Part shown: piece after piece, positions 23,600-35,399 of the stretch
Numbering within the stretch: position 1 is the first letter of the stretch
How the letters are laid out: every line of letters begins with the position of its first letter
NCBI GenBank assembly: GCA_036172245.1
Contig: JAYWIR010000003.1
Span: forward strand, 6,014,001 to 6,078,000
DNA: 64,000 bases
Direction of reading: 5' to 3'
DNA from: Raillietiella orientalis
Taxonomy: Eukaryota
Translations under genes and position numbers: made by a program
The notes under the pieces: model-generated
The model's database searches: none
Told to the model about the DNA's origin: nothing
Seen by the model: the letters and a program-made list of their open reading frames with translations, nothing else

Positions 23600-25500
23600 A
23601 TTCTGCATCCTCTGAAGTGATTCCAATATAAGATGGCGATGTCACATTCGTGCAAACTTGAACATGCACGCTATTTTCTACTAAGTATTCAAGGAGCAAA
23701 AACAGTTGGTATTTTCCTAGAACGCTGAGACTGGGTATGATGGATCAGCGAGTGAATAAATCATGGATGATATCGTGTTAAAGATTTCCCGCTACCTGGA
23801 TGAGGAAAGTGTTTTGGAATGCTGGAGAGCTTCTGCATAATAAAAACATAAAAAAGAGTTATGCGTTAATAATGTGAGATGCTAGTTATGCAGTTTAAAT
23901 ATATATAGATGTGTAAAAGATGAAAAATACTGCTGCAATAAGGACGGAGACGAAAAGTAGCAGTGCCTAAATTAAGGAGAGTATGATAAAAAAAAAAAAA
24001 ACACATGAAAATTAATGTGTGGACAAAAATCATGAGTAAAAAAGTGCTCATATTTTGTTATCTCCCATTAAATGCACGCAAACAATGCATAGTGACTGAG
24101 CATCAAGAGTCTTCCCACGGCCGAAAGAGTATTCCGTGTTCAGTTGCTGTGTTCAGCTTGGAAGGCACCACCACTTCGACTGCTAACGTCTATCCCCACC
24201 ATACAACCAGTTGAAGAAATTGTTTGAAACAGTGCTTCGCTTGCGAGCATTCGTAATAATAATAATGCGAAGAAAACAAGGAATGAATAAATACGAATAC
24301 GGTTACTATTGAGTGGGAATTCTTCGATAGAAAAAATGAATTGGTCCGATGGCGGGAAGAAGATGACCACCCTCACGGCATTCGCTCTTGCAGAGAAGTG
24401 GCTCGTCACCAGATGCCAACGCGATCTGCTGATGGCTCCTCTGGAAAATCTGTGTGTTTCCGTGAGCGATTCGAAACACGTCGGCTGCTCACGAAGGCAC
24501 CTAAAATGCCCAACTAGGTGTTGCCGGTCACGTGCTGCTTCCGGTTCGAATTCGTGGGAAGCGTGTGAGTCTTCCGAGTGATGGAGAAAGCCTACTTCCC
24601 CACAGCCTTTGAGAAAAAATCGCGGCCTCGTTCCAGGTTTTGGGTTCTTCAGATTTGATTTTCCGAAGCGCTGGATGCTTGACTGGGAGGTTACCAGGCA
24701 GCAAAAAAATCTCTGATTTTCGATTCGCATCCTCCTTTCAGCTGGAAAGGTTGTGCGCATTGAAGTGTCCCTTGGAACCCGTGGCACTCGGAGCTTTGTA
24801 CAGGCAAGGGCGGAAACGAAAATCGGGATGGGTCCTTTATTTAAAGACACAGGAATCTTCGTCACGAATGAGATCGATGTGGAGTCGATAGCTTCGTCTC
24901 ATCTACAGACGTTTATCTGGGAAGATGCCAATCTTCCCTCGGACAAAAAAAATCGATAGATGCATATTTATATGCTTGGAGCCATTGTTCCCTTGGAAGG
25001 AATCCTCAAGAAGTACCTCGAACGTTTGTGGCCCACATATTGCTCCGGAGCCAAGCTGAACGTAAAAGTTTTCGTCTTCCTGCGCAGCGTGTTTGACGTA
25101 AGATGGCGTAGAATGAAAAATTCCATGTCGGAGCGGTAGAAGACACCCGGGCAACGGTTCCCCCATCCATGTGGAAGCAATTCTTCGCTCTAGATAGATG
25201 AAGATCTATTTGCACTATCAAGTACATGACAAAATGGCGATTCGGACTCGAAGTTGCGGCATGGAGTTCTGTCTGGAGTTTGACCAGTGGTCCACGAAAC
25301 AATTTGGACGCCGTTCCAAACAACCGAAGGATAAGAACGGAACGATGGAAGATGGGATTTGACATTCTCACTTCCGGGCTTCGTAGAATACCTGTGAGGA
25401 AATAATTATTGTCCGTGAGGCATTTAAGGACTTTGATTTTATGTTGGATGGATCGAAACACCCAATCTCATTGCGTATGGGTATTCCAGACTGAAGGGGA
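23600..25500 (-). mobile_element. Decayed Utopia-like RT/thumb fragment
   Basis: LFGTASKLF (cf. L..T.YKLF), FVSALACTKL...TTF (cf. FNP.KCA.L...TF), RLWGSRLSP (cf. I..S.LAPWQK, ~24580-24607) and FIH at ~23755. Confidence 0.55.
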
Positions 25501-25899
25501 AGACTTTGGCGCTGCTGCTCAAGTACTCCTCTTTTTTGGCGCTTCGATGTCGTGCCGTGGATTTTTGCTCCGTTTCGCACATAGGAAGGGTCTGCCTCCT
25601 ATTTTATCTATTTTTTTTTTTTTTTTTCAATTCGCAAAAAAATGCGAATCGGTGAACGGAAAGGAATGCCGTTTGCTTTCTAATGCAGCCATGCGTTAAT
25701 AACTAGTAATCATTGAACTTTTGTTGTGGAATAAAGCCCAGTCTCTTCTATGACTCTCTAGTAAAGTTACTCTCTATTAATTTGTAGCTCACGAAAAGAA
25801 AGCCCCGTTAAGGAGAAGGAAAACTACTCCAGCTTACGCATACTTATAAAGGGATCCATCGTATTTATTTGGATTTGCTACGCCACGACTCTGTCCAGT

Positions 25900-28800
25900 T
25901 TCGTTCATATTGCGTGTGTTCTTCTGGACCATCATTCACTTAGAGGCCGAGCTAATGGCAAAAGGACATTGGAGACTTCAGAAGCTTCCCTGAATTTTTC
26001 AAACATCGATAAAACGTAGGTGACAACTGTACATTCCAAACTTGTATCCAAAGCACAGAAGGGGAAATGAAAAGTACGAAACGAGGAGAAGGAATTGGTG
26101 TTGTCGGTCTTTGAACCACCGGATGAAAATTTCGTAGGAATCAAACGGTGGTGCCCACGTGCCCTGTCACGCAGTGGTTCATCTGGAAACTGCAGCTGTT
26201 GTTCTGTTGACCGCATTAAAGTATGGACTCCTGCGGCACGAATAGGTCATTTCTGTTATTGATTCACGGAGCACCAAGAAAGACCCTGATGGTTGCATTC
26301 GCAACTCGACAGATTTATTGCTTTCACCGTGCTTGTTCTCTGGCGGTTTGGGAGCACTTTCGATTGCAGAACTGTTGACCGCAAACCTTTTTCTGCAGCT
26401 CGTTTTGTGCGTTTTAAGCGGTGTGTAAGTAAAACGAATGCACGGATTGAACCGAGTTTTATGGCCCTCTGCTATAACAGCCGCACGAGCTGTGCAAGAG
26501 AAAATTTCTGCTTGATGGTTGAGGCAACTCAATAAAGGGAAAGCTCTGGTGTAACATGCGTTGTACCTCGCACTTTCGTGAATGCTTTGATTTGCACACA
26601 CAGTGTATTTGAATACGCCTTGTCCTTACATGACCGCGTAACTGATGTCCGCAGTGGGAATGCGTTTGGATCGTAAAGTGGACCTGCGATGATCGGCAAT
26701 CGGCCATCAGTAAGCAACAGGAAATATAGTGCCTGTGCGTTGTCCAGTAATCTGAAGAAAAAGTCTACCTGCGACCTGTTGGCTAAGCAGATTATTCGCA
26801 GCGCCCGCTGACAGAGGAATAGGTGCACCTGAGGTCTACGTGAGGTCATCCCTCCTTGGGAAGAAGTAGCACTCGATCCACGCACAAAACGCTGATCATA
26901 GTGAAACAGTAAGTAAAAGTAAAGCAAGCGCAACCCAGAAGAGAACGTTGCGAGGTAGCGAGCGAACATCTCGTAAGGAGAGAACGAGGAGCAAAGAAAC
27001 GAGTGACTTCCTTGTGGTTCTTGACGGGGTCCTCTCATTCGTTGCTTTCCTCCCTCGCCAACCACCGCTGCCAACTGCAGGCAAGTTTCACACCAGCAAA
27101 AGGCGATCGGCACCGGTCCTTCGGCCTCCTCTACAGCCATTTACAATGCACAAAAGCAGCTTGTGATCTTTTCCACTTGCTCTGATTCGCAAAAAGTGGC
27201 CAAGGAAGCGGTGAGGATGCACTTTTCCCATGCAGCGAATTTTTCTTGGGTCCAGTTCCCTTCCTCGCCCGCCCGGAGGATTTCGGTCACCTTCCTGTCC
27301 CCCTTCTTTCTTTCTTGTTTATCAGGTAATCGCACCAACTTGGGAGTGAGGTCTCGCGCCACAGCGGCGGCGTTCTGGTGCGGCCCCGCTCGGCCAGCCA
27401 CGAGCCAGGGCTTCCATGCAACAAAACACGCGCCGAGGGAACACTCCCCTTGTCGATAGAAGGGGAATCTGTGGTTCCCGGAGTTCACCGTCCAACACCG
27501 GGAAGCCAGCTTGGCTTCCCGCCCCCACCCGTCAGCGAAAGGGAAGGTCTCGACAGGAAACGTGCTGCGCCTGGCTTCTTAGCGGGTCGCCTAAGGCCGA
27601 GAAAACTGTCCAAGGGAAAGGTCCGTTTCGGTTGAAGTCCTTCCGGAAGAGCCAGACGGCAGGCGGGTCCCGTCGCAGCCTGCGCGCAGGCAGCAGCGTC
27701 GGGTCTCCCACGAGAGACCAGTAGGGGGCGCGGTCGGCTGGCGGAACGTGCTGACTCTCTGCGAGAAGCGCGGAACTTGGTGCTTCCCTGCACCGGGAGT
27801 CCGCTCGCGCTCCCGGGTCCTTACCGGAGAAGACGACGGAGCAACCCCCTCTCCCCCCTGCAAGGATTCCGTTTCAGGACCGACCCGGGCGTGCTCCCGT
27901 GAGTTCCGGCCGCACTCCAGGGCGCGGAGGACTGCCGGAGACCGACGAGCGACGAGGCTCCTCCCCTCACACCCATCGACAGAGCAGCTGCCTCCGGGCA
28001 CGCACGTCGTCGCCTGAGCCTAGCATCCCTGCGCGCTCAGCCGCGCCCGCATCCACCCCTGGTGGCAGGATGGAAGCCACTCGAACGGTGACATCGAGGT
28101 GCTGAATGTGAGGGGACCTCAGCGTCCGGAGGCACAGGGGATGCCGACAAGCTGTCCCGAGTGACCTGAGGGCACCCGAAGATCCGAGTGGGTCAGAATC
28201 GAGCGACTGAAGCGACACCACGCGGCTAGGCGCCTCTTTCCGCTCCTCGTCTTGGAAAAAAGTCGCTCCGAAGGAAGGAGGGGGGGGGGGGGTCGCTGAC
28301 CGGTCTCCAGCAGACGCCGATGCTTGAGATCCAGAGGCTCCGAGCTTTCCTCTCCCCCCCCCCTTCCTTGGTCCGCTCTAGGAGGAAGGTTTCCTACTGC
28401 GCCCCCGCCTCCTTTGAGTGCTGGCGCTTCTGCGGCTGACCAACGGGGCAGCGACGCACGCGCTCGCGCCCGCGGCAGTGGCTTGGAGGAGGACCGTCTG
28501 CCGACCCCTGCGAGGCAACAGCGCCGCTGCCTCGGGCCTCTCCGGACCATCCGGGCTGGATGCTACTCCAGCCGCCGGAGACGCACCTCCCAGAGGGCAA
28601 CTGGTCCCGCTGGAAGGAGCGCCCGCACAGAGCATTCTGGATAGCGGGAGACGGCTGCGGCCCGCGGAGCTGCTGCCCTACAGAGCAAGAGTCGCTCGTT
28701 TTTCCCTCCCGGTGACCCGTCCGGAGCCGCCGCCTCCGCGAGTCTGGGTGGCCACCGGGCAGACCTTCGAAAGACGGGAGCGCAGCGCAGTCGTGCACCA

Positions 28801-29140
28801 AAAGTCCCTCAGGTTCCTTCCCGCCACCGGTCCGCGGTTCCGACGCAACCGTTCCGATATCCACTCCAGAGGCTTCTTCCACGCGTGCGCACCGCTGCCA
28901 GGAATGCCGTCGGCGGCATCCGCGGTCTAACGGGGGGAGGCTCGCGCGCACGCGCGGTCACTCGTGGAAACGAGCCAAGGCGCGCAGGCAGCGACATCTT
29001 GCCGCTTGGTGGAGCAGCACCGGAGGAAGCAGGAGATTTCCGAGGAGCAGCCGTCTGCATGATTCCGGCTGACGCCGCTGCCCAGACTTTGTTCGCGCGG
29101 TTCCTCGGCTGCGCGAACGCCCACGCCCTCGCTCGGTAGC
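25900..29140 (-). mobile_element. Long decayed Utopia-like copy with GC-rich N-terminal region and RT
   Basis: ACYTRAFPLLS...AEGHKTRFNP (cf. AYADDL.L.A...GLRFNP, ORF 26179-26601) and an RT3-4-like segment in ORF 26529-27140. The GC-rich 27.5-29.1 kb part contains Cys/His remnants (RNHADGC...FLRCC; CGRSF). The N-terminal assignment is tentative. Confidence 0.55.
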
Positions 29141-29459
29141 TAACGCGCTTGGGAAATTTGCGCGGCTCCTCTCCGAGGGAGGGGGATCTCGATGCTTCCA
29201 GGCCGCTCGGGCCGCTCCTCCCCCTCCTCCTTTTTTTTTTTTTTTTTTTGTCTTTTCCTCGCTAGAGAGTTTCTTTTTTCAGTTTCGCTCTTTGGCGCGG
29301 CCGCTTGGCGCCACGCCTCGGGAGGCATAACAAAAACAGACCTGTTCTTTCGTGCTCTGCAAAGCAGGGGGAGACCACCTGTTCCTTTACGCCATCTTTT
29401 TTTTTTTTTTTTCCTCTTCGCCCATCGGGGGAAAGGGAAAAAAAAAAAAAAAAAAAAGG

Positions 29460-30390
29460 TCTTTCAGAGCGTGCGTTGCAGATCGCGTTTCCCCTCCATC
29501 TGCGTTTTATCCCTGAACTTTCGCGAAAGTGGAAGGCTCTTCTGGATTCGAAGGACGCCGTGCCGAGCATCCCCTCTTCTACCTGTGAGTGCTGCCCCCA
29601 AGAACTCCCGAGGTTTCTTTCCACCCCACGAAGAGAGCTGCGCACACGCTGCTCTCCTCGTGGGTCAAAAAGTCTCCAGCCGTTTCCCCCCCGCCCGCGC
29701 GAAGGAGAGAGATGGAACAGCGCGCGGGTGCGATGGCATCTGTGCCGCTGGAGCACGAACCTCCGACCAGGTGAAGTGCGTGCGGCTTCGAGCGGCACGT
29801 GAGCGCGACCTGGAAACGCAGCAGCGGCGCTTCGGAAACGCCCGAAGGATTTCTCGTCTCCACGAGACCGTGGCGACCAAATTTCAGAGTATCCCTCGCG
29901 CCCGTCTTTCTCTGATATGCATTTCCTGTGCGTCTCGTGCGCTCAGTTCAGTGGGGAGAAGCATGGGAGGGAGGGGGGCGATGAAAGGGGAGGGGGGGGG
30001 GAAGGGAAACAGCACTAATGGTCATTCCTCTCGCTAATGAAGTTGTACGCATCACGGCTGCACTTCCGTTCGCGAGTCCCACTTCTCGCTTGGACTTTGG
30101 AGAAGGAAGCCCGACTTTTTCCAGATCCCAGGGGTTTCGCAGTCCGATCTCGATCAGCTCGTGCTCTGTGCAGAAACGCAGGAAGGGCTCCATTCTATTG
30201 AAGGCCTTCCCAGAGGGAACATCTTCATTAAATTTGCGTAGTGCAATAGAAACCACGGTTGCCAGCAGGCTTCGAGTAATTCGCGAAGCGAGAGCATCCC
30301 CTCTGGGAAACCATTCCAACGTAACGGAGGGGTACGCAGGAATGTGCCAGATCAATCAAAAGCTTTTATTCGTTGGTCGTAATTAGTGTT
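29460..30390 (-). mobile_element. Decayed Utopia-like RT fragment (domains 2-4)
   Basis: LLATVVSIALRKF...PFLRFCTEHELI (cf. LA.RL..W...GF...GC.EH.F.L, ORF 29948-30355) and SGVSEAPLLRF (cf. GV.QG.PLSPLLF, ORF 29579-29863). Confidence 0.6.
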
Positions 30391-30409
30391 GACTTAATTA
30401 CTAGCTTTT

Positions 30410-30845
30410 TACGTTCCCCCCCCCCTCCCCCCCTCTCTTTCCATGTCCGTGCGACGTAGACAAGTAAACAGCCAGCAATAAATTAACGACGATACGAACA
30501 GACTGTTCAGCGTGGAACGCGTAACGGAAAACCCACGATGCCGTGGACACACCTGGCTCCCTGCAAGCCGAGCAGGGAATGCCTCATAACAAAAAAATCG
30601 AAAACGAAAGTCGATAAAAGCCTGTAGGGATGAATGGGGGTTCGTGTCGTCGTAGTGCACTCCGTACATGGATGCACGCCAGGAATTCTCATCGTGGGGT
30701 GAGCGTCCCCATGGTATCACACACGCCACTATACACCCCGGTACACGAACAGACTGCATTTATTGACAGAAACGATGATAGAAGACAGAACAAAACGAAA
30801 AAAAAAAAAAAGGTGGATGCCAAGGGCAGCTTTTTCTCTTGACTG

Positions 30846-30934
<89 letters not shown>

Positions 30935-31310
30935 AAGAAGAAACAGGTCGAAGGTTCTGGACCGTCGGAAGGAAGGAAAACCTTGCTTGTGATCCAAGCG
31001 ATGAGGGGCGGTTCTTTGGAAGGGATTCCCGATGCCAAGCCACGTGAGGGACCCCATCCTGGAGTGCACAGGCTCCGCAGAGAGAGCGCCTCTGGAGGAA
31101 CACGGGAACCGGTAGGTGCCGCGTCCGCTTTGTCTTACAAGAACTCGCAGCTTTGTCTGCACCGCAGAACGCGGACCCCATCCGAACAAAAACCGAGGCA
31201 TAAATCTCCCGTGGGTTGTCTCGGGCTCCACGTTTGGCCTCTTTGGAATCGGATGCTGAAACACCGCATCCAATGCCGATCGGTTCGGGACTTTCTTTTT
31301 TTTCTTTTTT
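30410..31310 (-). mobile_element. Decayed Utopia-like thumb/CCHC fragment interrupted by a microsatellite
   Basis: RFMPRFLF (cf. TF..PRL.F) and AFIDFRFRFF...CPRHRG...STL (cf. RFADWRFIH...CRRCG..ETL). Confidence 0.5.
30847..30930. repeat. (CA)42 perfect microsatellite
   Basis: Uninterrupted CA dinucleotide run, directly visible. Confidence 0.98.
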
Positions 31311-31330
31311 TGCATGAAACAAAAACGATC

Positions 31331-31362
<32 letters not shown>

Positions 31363-31699
31363 TTTTACTTCGTTTACCATTCCCAATAGCATGCAGACGT
31401 GCACTCTCCTGTTCACATCTGAACTCTCACCTACTTGCACTCGGAAACACCCCCGTGTTTCACAAGATCAACGAAAGTGATTTTCACCATCTTCAGCTCT
31501 CTTGAGCGGCACCGTTCGATTCCAACCCTCCTCCCCACCCCCTCCCGTTCTTGGAAACAGAAATGCGATGCCCAAAAACTCATCCCCGAAAGGGTTGCAG
31601 CAGCGTCACGATGTACGGATCTGTACGTCGATCCAGGCGATGCGTGAAACTGAGGCTGATGCAGAATTAATAAGCAAAAGAAGGAATAGCTTGTCCGAC

Positions 31700-33100
31700 G
31701 GGAAAAGACAAATCAACATCCAGTGGTACAGAGCAAGAAATCTCCATCCTTCGTTTCACGAGGTTCAGGAAGATAATGGGGGATAACAACTTGGCTGCTC
31801 TTAGTTCCCTCCAAATTGATCGGATCAGCATAACAAAATTGGCGATGAGTTGAGACACCCAAGTGTTATGGGGTAATTCGCGCCAGCAACGTCGAGAGAG
31901 ATGAAAGCAGTAAAGCGGAGCGATCGGTTACTAAGCAAAGGTCTTTGAGAGAAAGCACGATGATGCTTTTTCTTTCCCCCCCCCCCTCCCCCCCAAGCGC
32001 ATTTGTCCCAAGACCTGTTATTAACACTCGGCGCGAGTACATTTAGCGGTTTAGGGAAAGGGTGGCACGGGAGAAGGACGAGGACTTTTATTAGTAAGAG
32101 GAAGATTGAAATGAAATTATCATCTTTCCCGACATCGAACTGATCGCTACGTTGAGGTATGCTTAAGGCAAGATGAATGAGCGGGGAACACGAACGCTGG
32201 ATCGCAAAATAAGGATGCTCGCGGGCTTGAAGAATCAGTCCTTCGGCTTAGAGGAACCCTCGCCGGAGAACAGCCTTCAGCCGGAGGTTCGGCGTGGTGC
32301 AGCCGTTCCGAGCGAGGAAAACGTTGAGGTGTCGGCTCTGAATCGTCCTTAGGTGAAAGGATTGCGGGATCACTCCTGCGCTAAGCACAGCTCTCCCATC
32401 TTCGCGTGGAAATTCGTGCGTGAATTTCTGCGGGGCTCCTCCACGCTCAAAGAGAACGAGCGAGCTCGGGCACTTCGTTTTTATGGCTCATTCTGCTCGT
32501 ATTCTGCATTTTTTTTTTTTTTTTCCTCCTCCTCTGGGCAGATCATGTTTCGAGGTGGTGCTTATTTATCGTGAGGATTTTTTTTCTTTTCTTCTTCTTC
32601 TTCTTTCCTTTTTTTTTTTTTTTTTTATTCTCTTCCCCTCTAATTGATTGCTGTTGTTATCACGGGAAGACTTAATGAATTAGCTACCGCCGTGACAGCA
32701 GCTATTCTTCTTCTTCGGCCGTGTACAGTTTTGTGGAACCGCAAAGGCCTGTTTCCTCGGACTCCATCGCTCATCCTCTGATTTTCTACTTCTTCGGGGA
32801 TGCCTTTTCGATCCTGCAACTCGTGTGCCTCGCGAACAAGAGCGCGGGTGCGAACACGACAGAGATGATCCCGAAAAGGACTTTTGGGTCGCATTCCCTT
32901 TAACCGAAGCCGTGGTCGCATCCGTTCCGGTTGTACGGTTCCACGGTACTTCGGAAAGATGCGACGCGTTTCGTTCGTCAAACTCGTGTTTCCCGATTTC
33001 GTTATCGCCCGGTCGTTAGAACCGGATGAAATTCGCAAGCTCTCCTCGCTGCCCGGAGAGGAAAATCACGTAAGGACCGTGTGGTACATCCTGCAGCTTC
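31700..33100 (-). mobile_element. Decayed Utopia-like RT fragment (domains 0-4)
   Basis: RLKGMRPKSPFRDHL...KGIPEEVE (cf. RL..M.NTAPG.D.L...IP..WK, ORF 32640-33038), ELCLAQE*SRNPF (cf. ELC.AWLDLRNAF, ~32355-32395) and a frameshifted RRG.PLS at ~32245-32265. Confidence 0.6.
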
Positions 33101-33397
33101 CGTAATTTCCTTCTGAGGAAGGTCCACGAAATCCGCGCGAGGATAAGGACAGACGGTTGGAAAAAAAAAAAATTGACAAAAGAAAGAAATCCCCAGGGCA
33201 TGGACCCAATCAAATGTGAATCAGCTCAAACGTAACTTTGCTCATCGAAACGCTTTTTGGCAACGTGCATCGATCTTTCCCCTTCAATACATTACATCAG
33301 CGCGCGCTTGCAGTTCGTAGATTACATAAGGACTCGCTGAATTATTCACAATTTGTAGCGAAAAGTAGCGGAAAAGCAAATCGGTTTTTTTTTTTTT

Positions 33398-33433
33398 CCT
33401 TCTTCTTCTTCTTCTTCTTCTTCTTCTTCTTCT
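33398..33433. repeat. (CTT)n trinucleotide microsatellite next to a poly-T run
   Basis: About 12 CTT units, directly visible. Confidence 0.9.
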
Positions 33434-35399
33434 TTTCTTTAGCTATTTTTCATCGAAAACTATTAGACCGTTGCTCGGTAAGGATTCTTTCTCCATGACA
33501 TTAGGTGTGTGCTTACCCACAATAGAGAACTTTTTCCAAGAATAAGAGTTCCCAATTCCTCAGTCCATTTTCCTGAACGCTGCTAGGGCATTTCTCTTTC
33601 GTAATCTTCTACTACTGTCAGCTAGACGGTTCCCTATGAACCTCACCTCCACGAAAATCAATTTCTGCCTACGGTTTCGGGCCGTTCGAATAAATCAGAT
33701 TTTCAAACACGACGCACGTTTCGGACTTTCCGTTTCCAACGGGAAAGCTCTGACCGACGTCGAAAACTGATAAATCAAAACTGCTGCAAGCAACACATTT
33801 TATTTAGGCTGAAGTTACGAAAGGTTTGGAATTTGTTTTTTTTTTTTCCCCTCCCCCTCCCCTCCCATGGAACATGGAAGGGCGGTAAGAACTCGAAGGA
33901 TCGATACGTAACCATTTCTTATCGTCTAATCGAACTAAGTTATTTACCTACAGCTGCTCTTCAGATTTCTGCCTTCTTCAGCTCGAGTTCGCAGCCGACC
34001 TCAAGGCATTTGACGGGTCAAAAGTCAATCCTTTCGTACGTGTTGAGATGCATCCCAGGATGGCCATCAGCTGGCATCGTGTGAAGGAAACGGAACAGCT
34101 GAAACATCAGATCGCAAACTACCTACTGGGAATTCTGGTCCAGCTCGTTGTTGCCTTGACGAAACCTGACGGCATGATTGCAGTCCCTCCTGTGACCACC
34201 AATTCGGCATAAATGAGGTGGCAGGTCGTGTGCTTTGGCTCTCCTCGTGCGTTCCTTGAGAAGGGTTGAGTTTACCTCACGGGGAGGGCATCTGCATCCT
34301 CGTCGATTTGCTCCCGTTCTCCCGGGCACAAGTTTCCTTTGCACCCGCTTGGAATTTCAGGAAATTGCCCCTTGCACTGATCTCTTGTGGAGGAATCTGT
34401 AGCGGACCTCCAAATAAATCGTCCTGATGCGTTTGGCGGTGCGTAGTTTGCCTCTACTTGTGAAATGCATTGCAAGGAAAATGTATATTACACAATGTAT
34501 ATACCAAAGTAATCTCGAATGGCGCTTCAAGAGCTTTTCTGGATGAATTTCCTGAATTTCCAGAAATTTAACTCTATGCAGTCTTGAAAGAGGAAACGAA
34601 ATATCAGCCTGCCACCTCTTGAGGACGGCTCCTGGACTCCACCTGCACATGACGTTGATTAAATCGCTGTGATTACTTCAAGACGAGTTATTCTTTTTGA
34701 ACGGATAAGTTCGCAATCAAAGTTTCAAATAGTTTCCTTCCACCCTCATCATTATACAGTCCCATCCCGTAAATTTTAAAGATCCCCGAACTTTCTTAAA
34801 ACTGATGCATTTGAATCTGTAGATATACACACTTTCACACACACACATTAACGTATGCTACGAAAACTAAATGTTCGAAAGTTCCTGTAGAACGAACGAA
34901 TCTGTCAACAAAATTTATTGGAATAGAAATCGCTTATTGTGCCTTTAACTTTAGGTAATGCGAATGTAGGCTTAAACGCCTTTTGTTTTATCCATTTTTT
35001 TTTTTTTTTTTTTTTTTTCAAGTGGACACAAGGCCAGCAAGCAAGCAAGCACAAAAGAAAAAGAAAAAAAGAAAACCTGGAGAATACAAGAGTCATTAAA
35101 AAAAAAAAATTGAGAGAAGAAGGAAAAAGAAAAAAAAAGGGGGGGGGTATTCCGATTCGTTTACGTGTACTTTTAAGTTTGTTAATTATTTGTTAATTTC
35201 CTGGTCAAATTAAGAAGGATCCTTTGAGGATGGGTCGAGGCAAGCAAGCAGCCGTAAACCATGGTAACGATGCATGCACATAAAAAGTTGGCAAAAATAT
35301 TCAAGAGATATTTACGCGTCTTGGATAAAGTTACTGGAAACACGAAAACAAACACTTCACAGCAATAGGAATTTCACTCCAACCAAGTTGACGTTTTCC

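Noticed and set aside
23763..23840. Mini-ORF MDDIVLKISRYLDEESVLECWRASA resembling an F-box motif
   Set aside because: Only 25 codons, bounded by stops, with no supporting exons, and it lies antisense to a retroelement remnant.
29090..29148. Possible HDV-like ribozyme (GTTCGCGC/GCGCGAAC stem, TTCCTCG loop, GCTAA)
   Set aside because: P1 and P2 would need the same bases, the GG for P1.1 is absent, and it is antisense to the element.
27485..30037. Many overlapping 100-280 aa ORFs
   Set aside because: Expected from high GC content and homopolymer runs. No host-protein motifs or splice structure; better explained as decayed retroelement.
30689..31480. Long ORFs with CVCV/HTHT repeats
   Set aside because: Artefact of the (CA)n microsatellite, not a metal-binding protein.
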